Assembly: GCA_009914755.4 (NCBI GenBank)
Contig: CP068257.2
Span: forward strand, 11,296,001-11,360,000
DNA length: 64,000 nt
Source of the DNA: the human T2T-CHM13v2.0 reference genome, Homo sapiens
Direction of reading: 5' to 3'
Translations under genes and position numbers: made by a program
Notes under the pieces: generated by a model
Database searches by the model: none
Seen by the model: the letters and a program-made list of their open reading frames with translations, nothing else
What the model was told of the DNA's origin: nothing
Shown: positions 40,101 through 57,700 of the stretch, one piece after another
Layout: the number at the start of each line of letters is the position of its first letter
How positions within the stretch are numbered: the stretch's first letter is position 1

Positions 40101-43100
40101 AATTCTTCTGTGTAGTTTTTATATGAAAGTATTAACTTTTCCACCACATGCATCAAATCGCTCCAAATGTCCACTTGCAGATTCTACAAAAAGAGAGTTT
40201 CAAATCTGCTCTATCAAAAGAAAGGTTTACTTCTTTGAGATGAATGCACACATCACAAAGAAGTTTCTCAGTTTGCTTCTGTCTGCAATTTATGTGAAGA
40301 TATTTCCTGTTCTAACATAGACCTCAGAGCACTCCAAATGTCCACTTGCAGATTCTACCAAAAGAGTGTTTCCAAACTGCTCATTCAAAGAAATGTTCAA
40401 CTTTCTAAATGAATGCACACATCATAAAGAACTTTCTCAGAATTCTTCTGTCTAGTTTTTATGTGAAGATAACACCATAGGCCTCAAAGCCTTCAAAATG
40501 TCCAGTTGCAGATTCTACAAAAAGAGGGTTTCCAAAGTGCTCAGTCAAAAGAAAGGTTTACTCTGTGAGATGAATACACACACCACAAAGAAGCTTGTCA
40601 GGTTGCTTTTATCTAGATTTTATGTGAGGATATTTCCTTTTCTACCATAGGCAACAAAGCACTCCAATAGTCCACTTGCAGATTCTACAAAAAGAATGTT
40701 TCTAAACTGCTCAATCAAAAGGAAGATTCAACTTTCTGAGATAAACTCATACATCACAAAGGAGATTCTCAGAATTCTTCTGTCAAGTTTTTATGTGAAG
40801 ATATTTCCTTTTCCACCATAGGACTCAAAACTATCCAAATGTCCACTTGCAAATTCTACAAACACAGAGTTTCAAAACTGCTCAGTCAAAAGAAAGTTTG
40901 AACTCTGTGAGATGAATGCACACATGCCAAAGAAGTTTCTCAGATTCCTTCTGTCTAGATTTTTTGTGAAGATATTACCTTTTCTACCATAGTCCGCATA
41001 GCGCTGAAAATGTCCACTTGCAGAATCTCCAAAAACAGTGTTTCCAAACTGGTGAATCAAAAGAAAGTTTCAACTATTTGAGTTGAAGGCACACATCACA
41101 AAGAAGATTCTGAGAATACTTCTGTCTAGTTTTTCTGTGAAGATATTTCCTTTTCCACTATAGGCCCAAAAGCGCTACAAATGTCCACTAGCGGATTCTA
41201 CAAAAAGAGTGTTTCAGAACTTCTCAATCAAAAGAAAGGTTTAACTCTGTGAGTTGAATGTACACATCACAAAGAAGTTTCTGAGAATGCTGCTGTCTAG
41301 ATTTTATATGAAGATATTCTCGTTTCCAAGGAGGGCCTCAAAGGGTACCTAATATCCACTTGCAGATTCTACTAAAGGAGTGTTTCAAAATGACTCTATG
41401 ATAAGGTATGTTCCACTCTGTGAGTTGAAGGCAAACATCAAAAAGAAGTTTCTGAGAATGCTTCTCTCTAGTTTAGATGGGAAGATACTTCCTTTTCCAC
41501 TATAGGCCTCAAAGTGTTCCAAGTGTCCACTTGCAGATTCTACAAAAAGAGTGTTTCAAAACTGCTCTATCAAAAGAAAGTTTCAACTCTGTGAAGTGAA
41601 TGCACACATTACAAACAAGTTTCTGAGAATGCTTCTGTCTAGTTTTTATGTGAAGATATTCCCGTTTCCAACGAAGGCCTCAAAGCAGTCCAAATATCCA
41701 CTAGCATATTCTACAAAAAGAGTGTTTCAAAACTGCCCCCATGAAAATGAATATTCAACTCTGTGAGTAGAATGCAAACATCACAAAGAAGTTTCTGAGA
41801 ATGCTTCTGCCTAGTTTTTATGTGAAGATATTTCCTTTCCCACCATAAGCCCCAAAGCGCTCCAAATGTCCACTTACAGAATCTACAAAAGAGTGTTTCA
41901 AACCTGCTCTATCAAAAGAAAGGTACAACTCTGTGAATTGAATGCAAATATCACAAAGAAGTTTCTGAGAATGCTTCTGTCTAGATTTTATGTGAAGATA
42001 TATCCTTTTCTAACTTAGGCTGCAAAGCGCTTCAAATGTCTACTTACAGAATCTACAAAAAGAGTTTTTCCATAATTCTCAATCAAAAGAAAGTTTCAAC
42101 TCTGTGAGATAAACGCACACATCACAAAGAAGTTTCTCAGAATTCTTCTCTCTAGTTTTTATGTGAAGATATTTCCTTTTCCACCATAGGCCTCAAAGCA
42201 CTCCAAATGTCCACTTGCAGATTCTACAAAAAAAGAGGTTCAAAACTGCTCAATCAAAAGAAAGGTTTAACTCTGTGAGATGAATACACACATCACAAAG
42301 AGGTTTCTCACATTGGTTCTGTCTAGATTTTATGTGAAGATATTTCCTTTAATAACAGGTCGCAAAGCCCTCCTAATGCCCACTTGCAGATTCTACAAAA
42401 AGAGTGTCTGTAAACTGCTCTATCAAAAGGAAGTTTCAACTCTGTGAGAAGAACTCACATATCACAAAGAAGTTTCTCAGAATTCCTCTGTCTAGTTTTT
42501 ATGTGAAGATATTTCCTTTCCCACCATAGGCCTCAAAGTGCTCCAAATGTCCACTTGCAGATTCTACAAAAAGAATGTCTCAAACCTGCTCTATCAAAAG
42601 AAAGGTTCAACTCAGTGAGTTGAATGCACACAGCACAAAGAAGTTTCTGAGAAATCTTCTGTCTAGTGATTATGTGAAGATATTCCCGTTTCCAATGAAG
42701 GCCTCTAACCGGTCCAATTAAACTCGTGCAGATTCTACTAAAAGAGTGTTTCAAAACTGCTCTATGAAAAGGTTTGTTCAACTCTGTGAGTTGAAGGCAA
42801 ACATCACAAAGAAGTTTCTGAGAATGCTTCTGTGGTTTTCATGGGAAGATATTTTCTTTTCCACTATAGGTATCAAATTGCTCAAATGTCCACTTGCAGA
42901 GTCTACAAAAAGATTGTTTTAAACCTGTTCTATCAAAAGAAAGTTTCAACTCTGTGAGTTGAATGCACACAGCACAAAGAACTTTATGAGAAAGCTTCTG
43001 TCTAGTGTTTATGTGAAGATATTCCCGTTTCCAAGGAATGCCTCAAAGCGGTCCAAATATCCACTTGCAGATTCTACTAAAAGAGTGACTCAAAACTGCT

Positions 43101-45422
43101 CTATGGTAAAGTATTTTCAACTCTGTGAGTGGAATGCAAACATCACAAAGACGTTTCTGAGAATGCTTCTTTCTAGTTTTTCAGTGAAGATATTTCCTTT
43201 TCCACTATAGGCCTCAAAGCGTTCCAAATGTCCACTTGCAGATTCTGCAAAAAGAGTGTTTCAAATCTGCTCTATCAAAAGAAAGGTTCAACTCTGTGAG
43301 TTGAATGCACACATCACAAAGAAGTTTCTGAGTATGCTTCTGTCTAGTTTTTCTGCGAAGATATTTCCTTTTACACCATAGGCCTCAAAGTTCTCCAAAT
43401 GTCCCCTTGCAGATTATACAAAAAGAATGTTTCAAAACAGCTCTATCAAAAGAAACGTTCAACGATGTGAGGTGAATGCACATATCACAAAGAAGCTTCA
43501 GAGAATGCTTCTGTCTGGTTCTTATGTGAAGATATTTCTTTTTCCACAATAGGCATCAAAGCTCTCCAAATGTCCAGTTGCAGATTCTACAAAAAGAGTG
43601 TTTCAAAACTGACCTATCAAAAGAAAGGGTCAACTCTGTGAGTTGAATGCACACATCACAAAGAAGTTTCTGAGAATGCATCTGTCTAGTTTTTATGTGA
43701 AGACATTCCCGTTTCCAACGAAGGCCTCAAAGCAGTCCAAATATCCACTAGGAGATTCTACAAAAACAATCTGTCAAAACTGCTCCATGAAAACGTGTGT
43801 TCAACTCTGTGAGTTGAGTGCAAACATCACAAGGAAGTTTCTGAGAATGCTTGTGTCTAGTTTTTATGCGAAGATAATTCCTCTTCCACCATAGACCTCA
43901 AAGCCTTCCAAAGGTCCACTTGCAGATTCTACAAAAAGAGTGTTTCATACTTGGTCTATCAAAAGAAAGGTTCAAATCTGTCAATTGAATGCACACCTCA
44001 GAAAGAAGTTTCTGAGAATGCTTCTGTCTAGTGTTTATGTGAAGATATTCCCTTTTCCTAAGAAGGCTTCAAATCGGTCCAAATATCTACTTGCAGGTTA
44101 TACGAAAAGAGTGTTTCAAAACTGCTCTATGAAAAGGAAGGTTCAACTCTGTGAGTTGAATGCAAACATCACAAAGAAGTTTGTGAGAATGCTTCTATCT
44201 GGTTTTTATGTGAAGATATTTCCGTTTCTACCATAGGCCTCAAAGCTCTCAAAATGTCCACATGCAGATACTGCAAAAAGTGTTTCAAATCTGCTCTATC
44301 AAAAGAAAGTTTCAAGTCTGTGAGTTGAATGCACACATCACAAAGAAGTTTCTGAGAATGCTTCTGTCTAGTTTTTATGTGAAGATATTTCCTTTACCAC
44401 CATAGGCCTCAAAGCTCTCCAAATGTCCACTTGCAGATTCTACAAGAAGAGTGTCTCAAACCTGCTCTATCAAAAGAAAGGTTCAACTCAGTGAGATGAA
44501 TGCACACATCAAAAAGAAGTTTCTGAGAATGCTTCTGTCTAGTTTTAATGTGAAGATATTCCCGTTTCCAATGAAAGCCTCAAATAAGTCCAAATATCCA
44601 CTAGCAGATTCTGCAAAAAGAGTGTTTCAAAACTTCTCAATCAAAAGAAAGGTTCAACTCTTTGAGATGTACGCACAAATCACAAAGAAGTTTCTCAGTA
44701 TTTTTTGTCTAGTTTTTATGTGAAAATATTTACTTTTCCACTGTAGGCCTCAAAGCGCTCCAAATGTCAACTTGCAGATTTTACAAAAAGAGAGTTTCAA
44801 GACAGCTCAATCAAAAGAAAGTTTTAACTCTGTGAGATGAATGCACACATCACAAAGAAGTCTCTCAGATTCATCCTATCTAGATTTTATGGGAATATAT
44901 TTCCTTTTCTAACATAGGCTGCAAAGCGCTCTAAATGTCCACTTGCGGATTCCACAAAAAGAGTGTTTCCAAACTGCTTAATCAAAACAAAGGTTCAACT
45001 CTGTGAGATAAACGCATGCATCACAAAGAAGCTTCTCCGAATTCTTCTGTGTAGTTTTGATGTGAAAATATTTCCTTTTCCTCCTCAGGCCTAAAAGCGC
45101 TCCAAATGTTTTCTTGCAGATTCTACAAAAAGAGAGATTCAAAACTGCTCAATCAAAACAAAGGCTTAACTCTTTGAGATCAGTGCACACTTCACAAAGA
45201 AGTTTCTAAAAATGCTTCTGTCTAGTTTTTATGTGAAGATATTTCATTTTCCACCGTAGGCCTCAAAGCACTCCAAATATCCACTTGCACATTCAACAAA
45301 AAGAGAGTTTCAAAACTGCTCAATCAAAAGTAAGAGTTAACTCTGTGAGATGAATGCACACATCCCAAAGAAGTTTCTCAGATTGCTTCTGTCTAGATTT
45401 TATGTGGAGCTATATCCTTTTC
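31101..45422. repeat. Alpha satellite, family III. Two monomer types alternate with a ~340-bp period up to ~41000. The segment 41050-44650 is mostly family-I-like monomers with a short family-III island at ~41990-42330, and family III resumes at 44650-45422.
   Basis: Alternation of monomers of the form ...tttaactctgtgagatgaatgcacac...tttctcagattgcttctgtctagattttatg...ttctaccataggccgcaaag with ...ttcaactctgtgagatgaacgcacac...tttctcagaattcttctgtctagtttttatg...ttccaccataggcctcaaag. Confidence 0.8.
41660..41675 (-). promoter_or_regulatory. Intact CENP-B box motif inside monomeric alpha satellite, ~32 kb from the HOR.
   Basis: tcccgtttccaacgaagg. The same motif occurs at ~43706 and in many family-I monomers, e.g. 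12360 (variant) and 13036. Confidence 0.6.
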
Positions 45423-47922
<2,500 letters not shown>

Positions 47923-48027
47923 TTAAAGGCTCAAAATCTCAAATGCAGAAAGAATGACTTTTAAATATCCTACATATTTAAACCATTTATTTTATACAAC
48001 AATCCCATAGATGCAAAACTACTACTA

Positions 48028-48261
<234 letters not shown>

Positions 48262-48359
48262 TTACTTCTTTTACACTTGCTCTTCTGTGTTTAGTTTCAA
48301 AATTATCATCTTCATGCAAAGTATTTAGCACAGTGCCTGGCAGATAGAAAAGGTTAACT

Positions 48360-48399
<40 letters not shown>

Positions 48400-49429
48400 T
48401 TTGAGACGGAGTCTTGCTGTCTCCAGGCTGCAGTGCAGTGGCGCAACCTTGGCTCATTGCAACCTCTGCCTCCCGAGTTCAAGCGATTCTCTTGTCTCAG
48501 CCTCCTGAGTAGCTAGGATTACAGGCATGCACCACAACGCCAAGCTAATTTTTTTAAATTTTATTTTTTAAGTAGAGATGGGGTTTCACCATGTTGACCA
48601 AAATGGTCTATGTCTCTTGACCTTCTCATCTGCCCACCTTGGCCTCCCAAGGTGCTGGGATTACAGGCGTGAGCCACTGCACCCAGCTGCTAGCTATTAT
48701 TTCTAATCCTTTGCCATGCTCAGGTATAATCTTCCCAAATCCAGAAGTAATTTTATAACTTCAGCTAATTGCAGTGATAAATTATTGAAATATTTTCCTA
48801 AAGAAAATACACAAATGAAACCTTAAAAATACAAGGACTGGGCCGGCTTGGTGGCTCGCGCCTGTAATTCCAGTACTTTGGGAGGCCGAGCTGGATGGAT
48901 CACCTGAGGTCAGGATTTCGAGACAAGCCTAGCCAACATGGCGAAACGTCGTCTCTACTAAAAATACAAAAATTAGCTGTGCATGGTGGTGGACGCCTGT
49001 AATCCCAGCTACTCCGGAGGCTGAGCCAGGAAAATCGCTTGAACCTGGAGGCGGAGGTTGAAGTGAGGCTAGTTCTCACTGCTGGACTGCAGCCTGGGGC
49101 AACAGAGCAAAAACTGTCTAAAAAAAAAAAAAGTCTGGGCGCGGTGGCTCATGCCTGTGATCCCAGCACTTTGGGAGGCCAAGGCGGGCAGATCACGAGG
49201 TCAGGAGATGGAGACCATCCTGGCTAACACAGTGAAACCCCGTCTCTACTGAAGATGCAAAAAATTAGCAGGGCATGGTGGCGGATGCCTGTAGTCCCAG
49301 CTACTCAGGAAGCTGAGGCAGGAGAATGGTGTGAACCCAGGAGGCAGAGCTTGCAGTGAGCCGAGATCGCGCCACTTCACTCCAGCCTGGGCGACAGAGG
49401 GAGACTCTGTCTCAAAAAAGAAAGAAGGA

Positions 49430-49477
<48 letters not shown>

Positions 49478-51553
49478 AAAGAAAGAAAGATGGATGAAGG
49501 TATAGTAAATTATGAAAAAGAGAGAATAAGCATCTTCAACAAGAAAAATGAAAATAATAAAAACTATACAATTGCAAAACAATAACTCTTGTTAAAATAT
49601 TTTACATGTCATATTGTAAATAAGACACCCTCCGTGTATGCAGAAATGATTACATTAGTATAGGAAACAGCTGTGATTGTAGATATATAAACTAGAGAAA
49701 TGTGAATCAGAAATAAGTTTATCAACTAGAAGAGAGAAGAAATTTTTATTTGAGTAAATCTACTGTCTACAATTTAAAAATACACAATGGTATTTCTTTC
49801 ATTAAATAGCTTTATTTAAATATAAAAATAAAAGCTTATACATAGGCCAGAAGAAATATTGCTAGTTTATAATAAGGTTAATAGGAACTAAAACAGGGTA
49901 ATTAGATAAGACGGTGTGTAAATAATTATGTTATTTTAGTAAAAATATTCAACACTGTACCTTTCAAATAAAAATATACTGTTTTAAAGGTCAACAAAAA
50001 GTTATTGTGCTTCAAATTTTAACATTTATCCTCCAAGTGAAATTACTATAAGAAGAAACAACTAACCTATAAATAAATAATTTACTTTTTGGAAAAGTTA
50101 ACAAACCTCTCTACACACAATATAATTAAGAAAGATAATAAGAAACATATATAATTTCAAGATTTTCAATTTTTTTTACTAAGCCAGAGAAGATAAATGA
50201 GTTAATCATTCATGTCAGTAAGTAAATACAGGATCAAAAAACATACCTAATGGAAGGAAATTAATAACAGAAAAGTAAAAATTATAATCTAGAAAATGAA
50301 AGATATAAATCGATTCATAAATGGATAAGACTTTTAAGACTTTTTTTGAAGAAATCATTTCAAACTAGAATAAGCAAGAGGAATAGATCAAAACAAAAAG
50401 GAAAACAGTGAAGGTGATATACACATCCTCTTACTGAAAATTAATTTTAAAGAACTTTAAATTAATTTTAAAGAATTAATTTTAAACACTAAAACTCAGA
50501 GTCATCAATGTGTCTGGATACGGATTCATTTTTATTTCTTCTGCTCAGCACTTGTTTTATACTTTAAATTAGAGTCCTCAAGTCTTTCCTCTGCAATGGA
50601 AATTTTATGGCATCATGTAAAGTATACAAATAGTGAAGGCATTGCCAGTGTTTTCTTCTGTATAAGTATTCTCTACCATTAGAATGGAAACGTCATCAAA
50701 GTGGGCCCTTAGTGAGAGTTTGCTGAGTGGATGAATACTGTCCTTAAATATGGCTTCTCCATTCTCTTTGGACTCCTTTTGAAACTCCTATCATACATGT
50801 GTTGGGGACTTTCTTGACTGGTCTTTCTGACTTTTAAATCCTTTTATCTGGATAAATTCATCATTATCTCCCAATTGACTAATTCTTTGTGTTTATTGCA
50901 TTTACACTTCTTTTTTATATAATTTTCATTTCTAGAGCTTTTATTTTTTTTTCCTTTTTTGAGATGGAGTCGTGCTCTGTCACCCAGGCTGAAGTGCAGT
51001 GGCATGATCTCGGTTCACTGCAACCTCCTACTCCTGGGTTGAAGTGACTCTCCTCCTGCCTCAGCCTCCTCTCCTGCTTCAACCTCCTGAGTGGCTGGAA
51101 TTACAGGCATGCGCCACCACACTCGGCTAATTTTTGAATTTTTAGTAGAGACGGGGTTTCATTATGTTGGTCAGCCTGGTCTAGAACTCCTGATATCATG
51201 ATCCACCCGCCTCAGCCTACCAAAGTGCTGGGATTACAGGTGTGAGCCTCCATGCCTGGCTGCTTTTAATTTTTTATATCAATCTTTACTTTGTTCTTTT
51301 TTGCCTGCTTTTTTTTTCCCCAGGGTCTTACTCTGTTGCCCCGGCCAGAGTGCAATGGCGTGATCTCTGCTCATTGCAATTCCCCAGGGTTCTATCAATT
51401 CTCTTACCTCAGCCTCTGGAGTAGCTGGGATTGCAGGCACCCACCACCATTCCCAGCTATGGTTTCGCCATGTTGGCCAGGCTGGTCTTGAAGTCCTGAC
51501 CTCAGGTGATCCACCCACCTTGGCCTTCCAAAGTGTTAGGATTACAGGCGTAA

Positions 51554-51784
<231 letters not shown>

Positions 51785-54700
51785 TAGTAGAGAGAGGGTT
51801 TCACTGTGTTAGCCAGGATGGTCTTCATCTCCTGACCTCGTGATCCACCCAACTTGTCCTCCCAAAGTGCTGGAATTACAAGAGTGAGCCATCACACTCG
51901 GCGTCTGTTTTTATTTTTAAGTCTTCTATTCTTTTTGATGAATTTTATTCTTTTTTTTTTTTTTTGGCAGAGGCTCACTCTGTTGCCCAGGTTGGAATAC
52001 AGTGATGCCATCTTGGCTCACTACAAAGTCCGCCTCCTGGGGTCAAGCAATTCTTCTGCCTCAGCTTCTTGAGTAGCTGGGATTACACGCACCCACCACC
52101 GTGCCCTGCTAATTTTTGAATTTTTAGTCGAGATGGGGTTTCACGGTGTTTGCCAGGCTGGTCTTGAACTCCCGACCTCAGATGATTTACCCATCTCAGC
52201 CTCCCAAGGTGCTGGGATTACAAGCGTGAGCCACCATGCCTGGCCCTGGATGTTTTCTTCTTAAAAAGCCAGTTGAGATTTCTAAGTGTACTCACTTAAA
52301 AGGAAAATTTAGTTTGCTATAATATTTCTCATATTTGCTGTGGTGAATTCATCTCTAGGAGGTTTCTTTGTATAATTATTTCATTATCTGTCTAATAGTT
52401 AATTCTCCACATGTTTTGTAATATTTTTGCACACTCACCTTGAATGAAAAGTTCTCTACATGTCATAGTCATATAACAAACAGAATTCACCCTCCTTCAC
52501 CACAAATCACACTTCTGTATATTCAATAAAATGTGCATTTCTTCATGGATACTCTTTGAATCATCTAAATGGAGACTCTTTATAGAAATATTGAATCATT
52601 AATTCTTCCAACTATTGTACTCCTTTCCAACATACTGTCTTACTGATTTTTCACTTTTTCCTATTTATATCCATTTTGTTCTACTAATCCGTCTGTCATT
52701 GGCCTTCTTCTATAGCCAACCTCAAATTTCAATTCACACTAGCTGTGAACAGCACTCAAATTGCTGCTGTATTCTTAAAATATAAATTTACTTCATAAAG
52801 CAAAAGTGAATTATATGCATGTTACAAAAAATATTCCTAGCAGAGATAAGATGGGGTGGTATTTGCTGGGATGTGCAACATCGTTTTTTCCAAATTAATT
52901 TCTCTCAGAATTCTCTCCTCCCTACTGCCAGGCAGAGCTCACCACTCACATGTCATGAATGACATTTTTAGTCATTTTTCATCTTATCTGATCATATGAC
53001 TTGAATTAATGTTTAGATCTGCTAAGGGCAAACACCACCATGGAATTAAATTTGCAAGAGGGAAGAAGGAGGAAGCAGGAGAAGGTGGATAGAGTCTTCA
53101 GACTAGGGTGCAGATCTTACATCTGTAGAGGGAAAGAGGGAAGGAAGGCTGATTGGGGTAGAAAGAGACTGCAGCATGGTTCCAAGAATGCTTTGGCCTA
53201 GGTCACTGCGGACTCCTTAAATTAAAGTTACTCATTGGAGACTGTCACAACTCACTGGAAACGTCCTCACATACAATCCCCATGTAGCTCTATGACTGTT
53301 GGAAACATGACTGCTGCACAAGTGTAGAAGTGCTTCCAGAGACAGAGGGCTAAAGCCAGGCTGTCGTTGACTTATGCTGTCTGATTCAGGATATCTGCAT
53401 TGCAAACTTCCTTGGTCATTAAAATCCATTACCCCCACCTCCTAACCCCACCACAGCACACACATATTTGTCCAAACAGGTTCTTCATACCAGCTCTTCC
53501 AAAATTCCCATGATCCTCTCTTTTCCAAGGGGAATCTTAGAAAAGGAAGGTTAATGAGACCAACTCTAGCCCATGCTATAGCAGTTGGTCTCAGAACTGC
53601 CTTTGAATGCCCAGTTGTGTGAGGGGGAGAGAAAGAGAGAGAGAGTATGGGAGTGGGGAGTGTGTGTGTGTGTGAGTGTGTGTGTGTGTGTGTCTGAGAG
53701 AGAGAAAGAGAGAAATTATCTCTGCTTCTTTTGTAGAAAAGTAGCCCTACCTCCTCCTGCTAATCAGGGTGTATTCATCCTGCCCCAGTGGTGACGTATT
53801 TCTTGTCTTTTGGTTACTGGACCTAAGGAATCTAAAGCACCCAACAGATAACATTCTTTAGAGAGCAGGACTTGCTTGCCTTCCAGATCCCAGAGCTGCA
53901 GTGATGAGAAGCACAGGAAAACCTGAGAAGATTATTGGGAGCATTTGTAATTAGGGACATTCCTGTTTCTACCTCTGGTTTTCTGAACCTGTAGATTCTT
54001 CCTATGGAAGAAGAACTACTATATAAAGATCTGTGATAGAATATATATAAAAGATGGTGCCCCCTGCATTCAGAATGTCTCCTTTAGCATAGTGTCTCAG
54101 TTGCATCTTTAGAATGTTTCTCCAGGGCTCCATGAGTCTAGCTGCTTCTTGAAGAGTGTATGTAATACAAATAGTAGATTACATGGTCATGGACCCACTT
54201 CTGCCCATCCTTTGCTGTGAACAAGGAACCCTGGTCAGATGCTATACCATGTGGGATTTTATGCCTGTGGATCAGGAATTCTGGAAGCCTCAGAAAAGTG
54301 GTCCTGGCTCAGGCTCTGTGAACAGAAGTGCCAAACCCAGCCCTGGAATAAGGATATATCCCTCTGAGGATGAAAAGGTGGTCATTCAAGGTCAAAAGAC
54401 TTGCCATATAAGAGTCTCATTATTGATTTATGCTGTTGAAAAGTAGGACAGTCAGAGGCAGCAGTAGTTAGATAAACCTTGATACATAGAAGTCCAGGCT
54501 GTGGGGCCCATATGTATCGTCCATCTCTGCCAACATGGTCATATGAGTGACTGCATATGTATGACTGTTGTGCTTGTTGTGGGAAAGCCAATCTCCAAGG
54601 CTGGCAGCTTGTCAAGTCATTTTGTCTGATTGGTTATTGAGTGCCTCTTCTGTGGTGAGTGCTTTCTTGTGAGTGTTAACGTGCAATACAAGATTCTTTA

Positions 54701-57700
54701 CACTCCGTGCCTGCTCCTGCATGTCCACTCATATGCTTCTAACCCAGCTTCCTTGTCTCAGATATTTCAGTTCTTTTCTATCTAAGCCTCTGATCAGATG
54801 ATTCACCCACTGACTACGGCAAAGAAATCTGTTTATATTCCTGCCTTAGGCCATGTTTCTTCTATGTAAAGTAGATGGCCAGGGCCACTGCTCCCAGTGC
54901 TGCTAATAGGGAATATTTTAATTTCCTTCTGTCCTTCAGAGTCATTCTTGCATTGGGCTGCAATGCAACTACACCTTTAAACAGAGATTGCCCCTTTCTC
55001 CCTCCTTCAGATGGCCACAGGGACACAAATGCAGTCACAGGTGTGAGCTGAAGGAAGGTTGCTGGTGCAAACATGGTGGGTGACATGAGGATCTGGGTTA
55101 CCTGCTATTCAACTTATCCACTTGCTCTCATCTTGCTTGGCCTTTGTCTCATATTTACTCTTTCCACCTCATGATGAACTACTTCTTTTCCCTTCTGGTG
55201 TCATGACTTGGTGGTTCCAATAGAACTCAGCCTGCAAGAGGTAGTGCCAGAAGCATGGTAACTTATCAAGCACAGCATCTCTCCTAGGTCCAACATATAA
55301 TTCTCTGCTATGGAAGGCATGGCTTTGTTTCAGAATCCCAGGAACTGGTGTTGTAATTCTTTCACTGAGAATTGCCATGTGTGCCACACTGTGACCACCA
55401 TTGACACCTGCAAGAATACAGGTCCTGCAAGATCATATGACCCAAGCTGCAGGGCTGTTCACAATGGAACCTGGACATGCTGTGGAGCCCTGTCCTGCCC
55501 TGCACTCTTCAAACCCTGTGGTCTTCCTATCTCCCTGACTTGTCTTGTGGCTTACTTGTGTTATGTTGCTTAGGGTTTCTTGAGTTTCATGAGTTTGTAT
55601 TTTTATAACTGTATAGATATAGATGGATATATATAGATATGGTCAAAGAGGAAGAGTAAGAGAGAAGAAAAAGAATTTTACAAAAGACTTTACTGGACAT
55701 GTAGAAAAAAATATCAAACTCCACCTCTATTTCCAGCACTTTGGAAGGCCACGGTGGGTGAATCAGAAGGTCAGGAGATCGAGACAATCCTGGCTAACAC
55801 GGTGAAACCCCGTCTCTACTAAAAATATACAAAAAAAATTAGCCAGGCGTGGTGGTGGGAGCCTGTAGTCCCAGCTACTCAGGAGGCTGAGGCAGGAGAA
55901 TGGCGTGAACCCAGGAGTCAGAGCTTGCAGTGAGCCGAGATCTTGCCACTGCACTCCAGCCTGGGTGATAGAGCGAGAATCTATCTCCAAAAAAAAAAAA
56001 AAAAAATCAAACTCCATAGTGAGAAGTCAAACAACACAATAACAAAATGGGCAAGAGATTTGAGTAGACGACAATAACCAAAGATATATTAATGATTGAT
56101 AAACACTGAAAAGTGCATCATTAACCACCTGGGAATGGAATTTAAAAATCAAAATGCAATAATACTGCACAGAAACTATAATGGATCCAAAAAAATGTCA
56201 ATTCTGAATGTTTGAGAGGACATGCAACACCCTGAATTATCATATTTAGGTGGGAGTATAAAGTGGATAATCAGTTTGGATTGCAGTTTGGCAGTTAAAC
56301 ATACACTTACAATTTGACCTAGAATATTCCATTCTTACTTACTGAAGAGAAATGAAAACATGTGCATACAAATGAACATAGCAGCTTTACTTGTAATAAT
56401 CAAGGAATAGAAACATTTGTAAATGGTTCACCAACAGGCTAAAGGATAAACATATTGTAGTATTTCCATACAATAGAAAAAAATAGAAAGAACCACTGAT
56501 TTTGCAACATAGGTGATCCTAAAATATATTGAGAGAATGAACCAACAGTAGGCATATTATAAAAGTTTATTACTACAAAATTCTAGAAACTGAATTTATA
56601 GTGGTAGGTTGCAGATCAATGGCTGCTTGGAGCCAGAGGTTTTGGTAAGGAATACAAAAGAACTTTTGAGGTGATAGACAGCTTCAATATCTTCATCGGT
56701 GGTAGCCACATAACTTTATATGTTTGTACTTAATTTGGATGCATTTTATTGTATTGAAAGTAAACCTCAGTTAAGTTGACTTTTATAATTTATTAGATTC
56801 TAAAACATTAATTTGCTTCCATCCATTATATTTGTTCACAAATCCTACAATAGTATGTTTTGGAAGACCTGTAATAGACACAGTAACTGGCATATTCATA
56901 AAGGAAATTTCCTTATGTAGGATAGTTTTTAGGGGAAATGCCTGAAACAAAAAAATCTGCATCTGCTTATCATAATTCGCTGCATAAAAGATCTAAATGT
57001 GTAACTGGCAATCAGCTTTAGCTTTGATTATCTTTCATAGCAGCATGGATCAATTTTGTTTACCCAGTTGGCTATTTCTCCATGCTAAACTCATATTGCA
57101 TACATGCCTCTGAAATTCCAGTCATGTATAGTCTATAATGTATACCTATATTACACAATTTGTATACTTTTCCACTTTAAAGGGGGGATTTATACCTGCA
57201 AAGGGACTTGACCTACAACTATCATCCAATTCTGTTCCAAATTTTGGATACTATGACTCTATCCTGGAAATGATTCAGTAGTTTTGTTTCATTTGACTCT
57301 TCCTACAGACATAATGTGTTGAAGTAAACCTGTTTTTTATGTTTGGAAAGTAGCCTTTGGATGGGTGTTTTCTAGCTTTTGGAAAACATGTACTTGAAGC
57401 AGAAGTAACTAGTTGTTGAGGGAATAGAACCACAGCATTTCTGACCTAGGCAAATTGAAACCTTGTCATCCTTGATGACAAACATGACATGACACATGAT
57501 TGCCTTTTTCAGGGAGTTCTTATGTAAAATATTTTATCCCCAACTAGTTGGTATCATTCAAATCAAATTTTATAATTTTACTCTGTATTAGGATGCAGTT
57601 TTATAATGTCCAAAGCATCTTTACGCATATTTTTTCTCAAATAAATCCTACAGCAACTGTGTGACATGCTCAAAGGTGAGAATATTATCCCCATTTTACA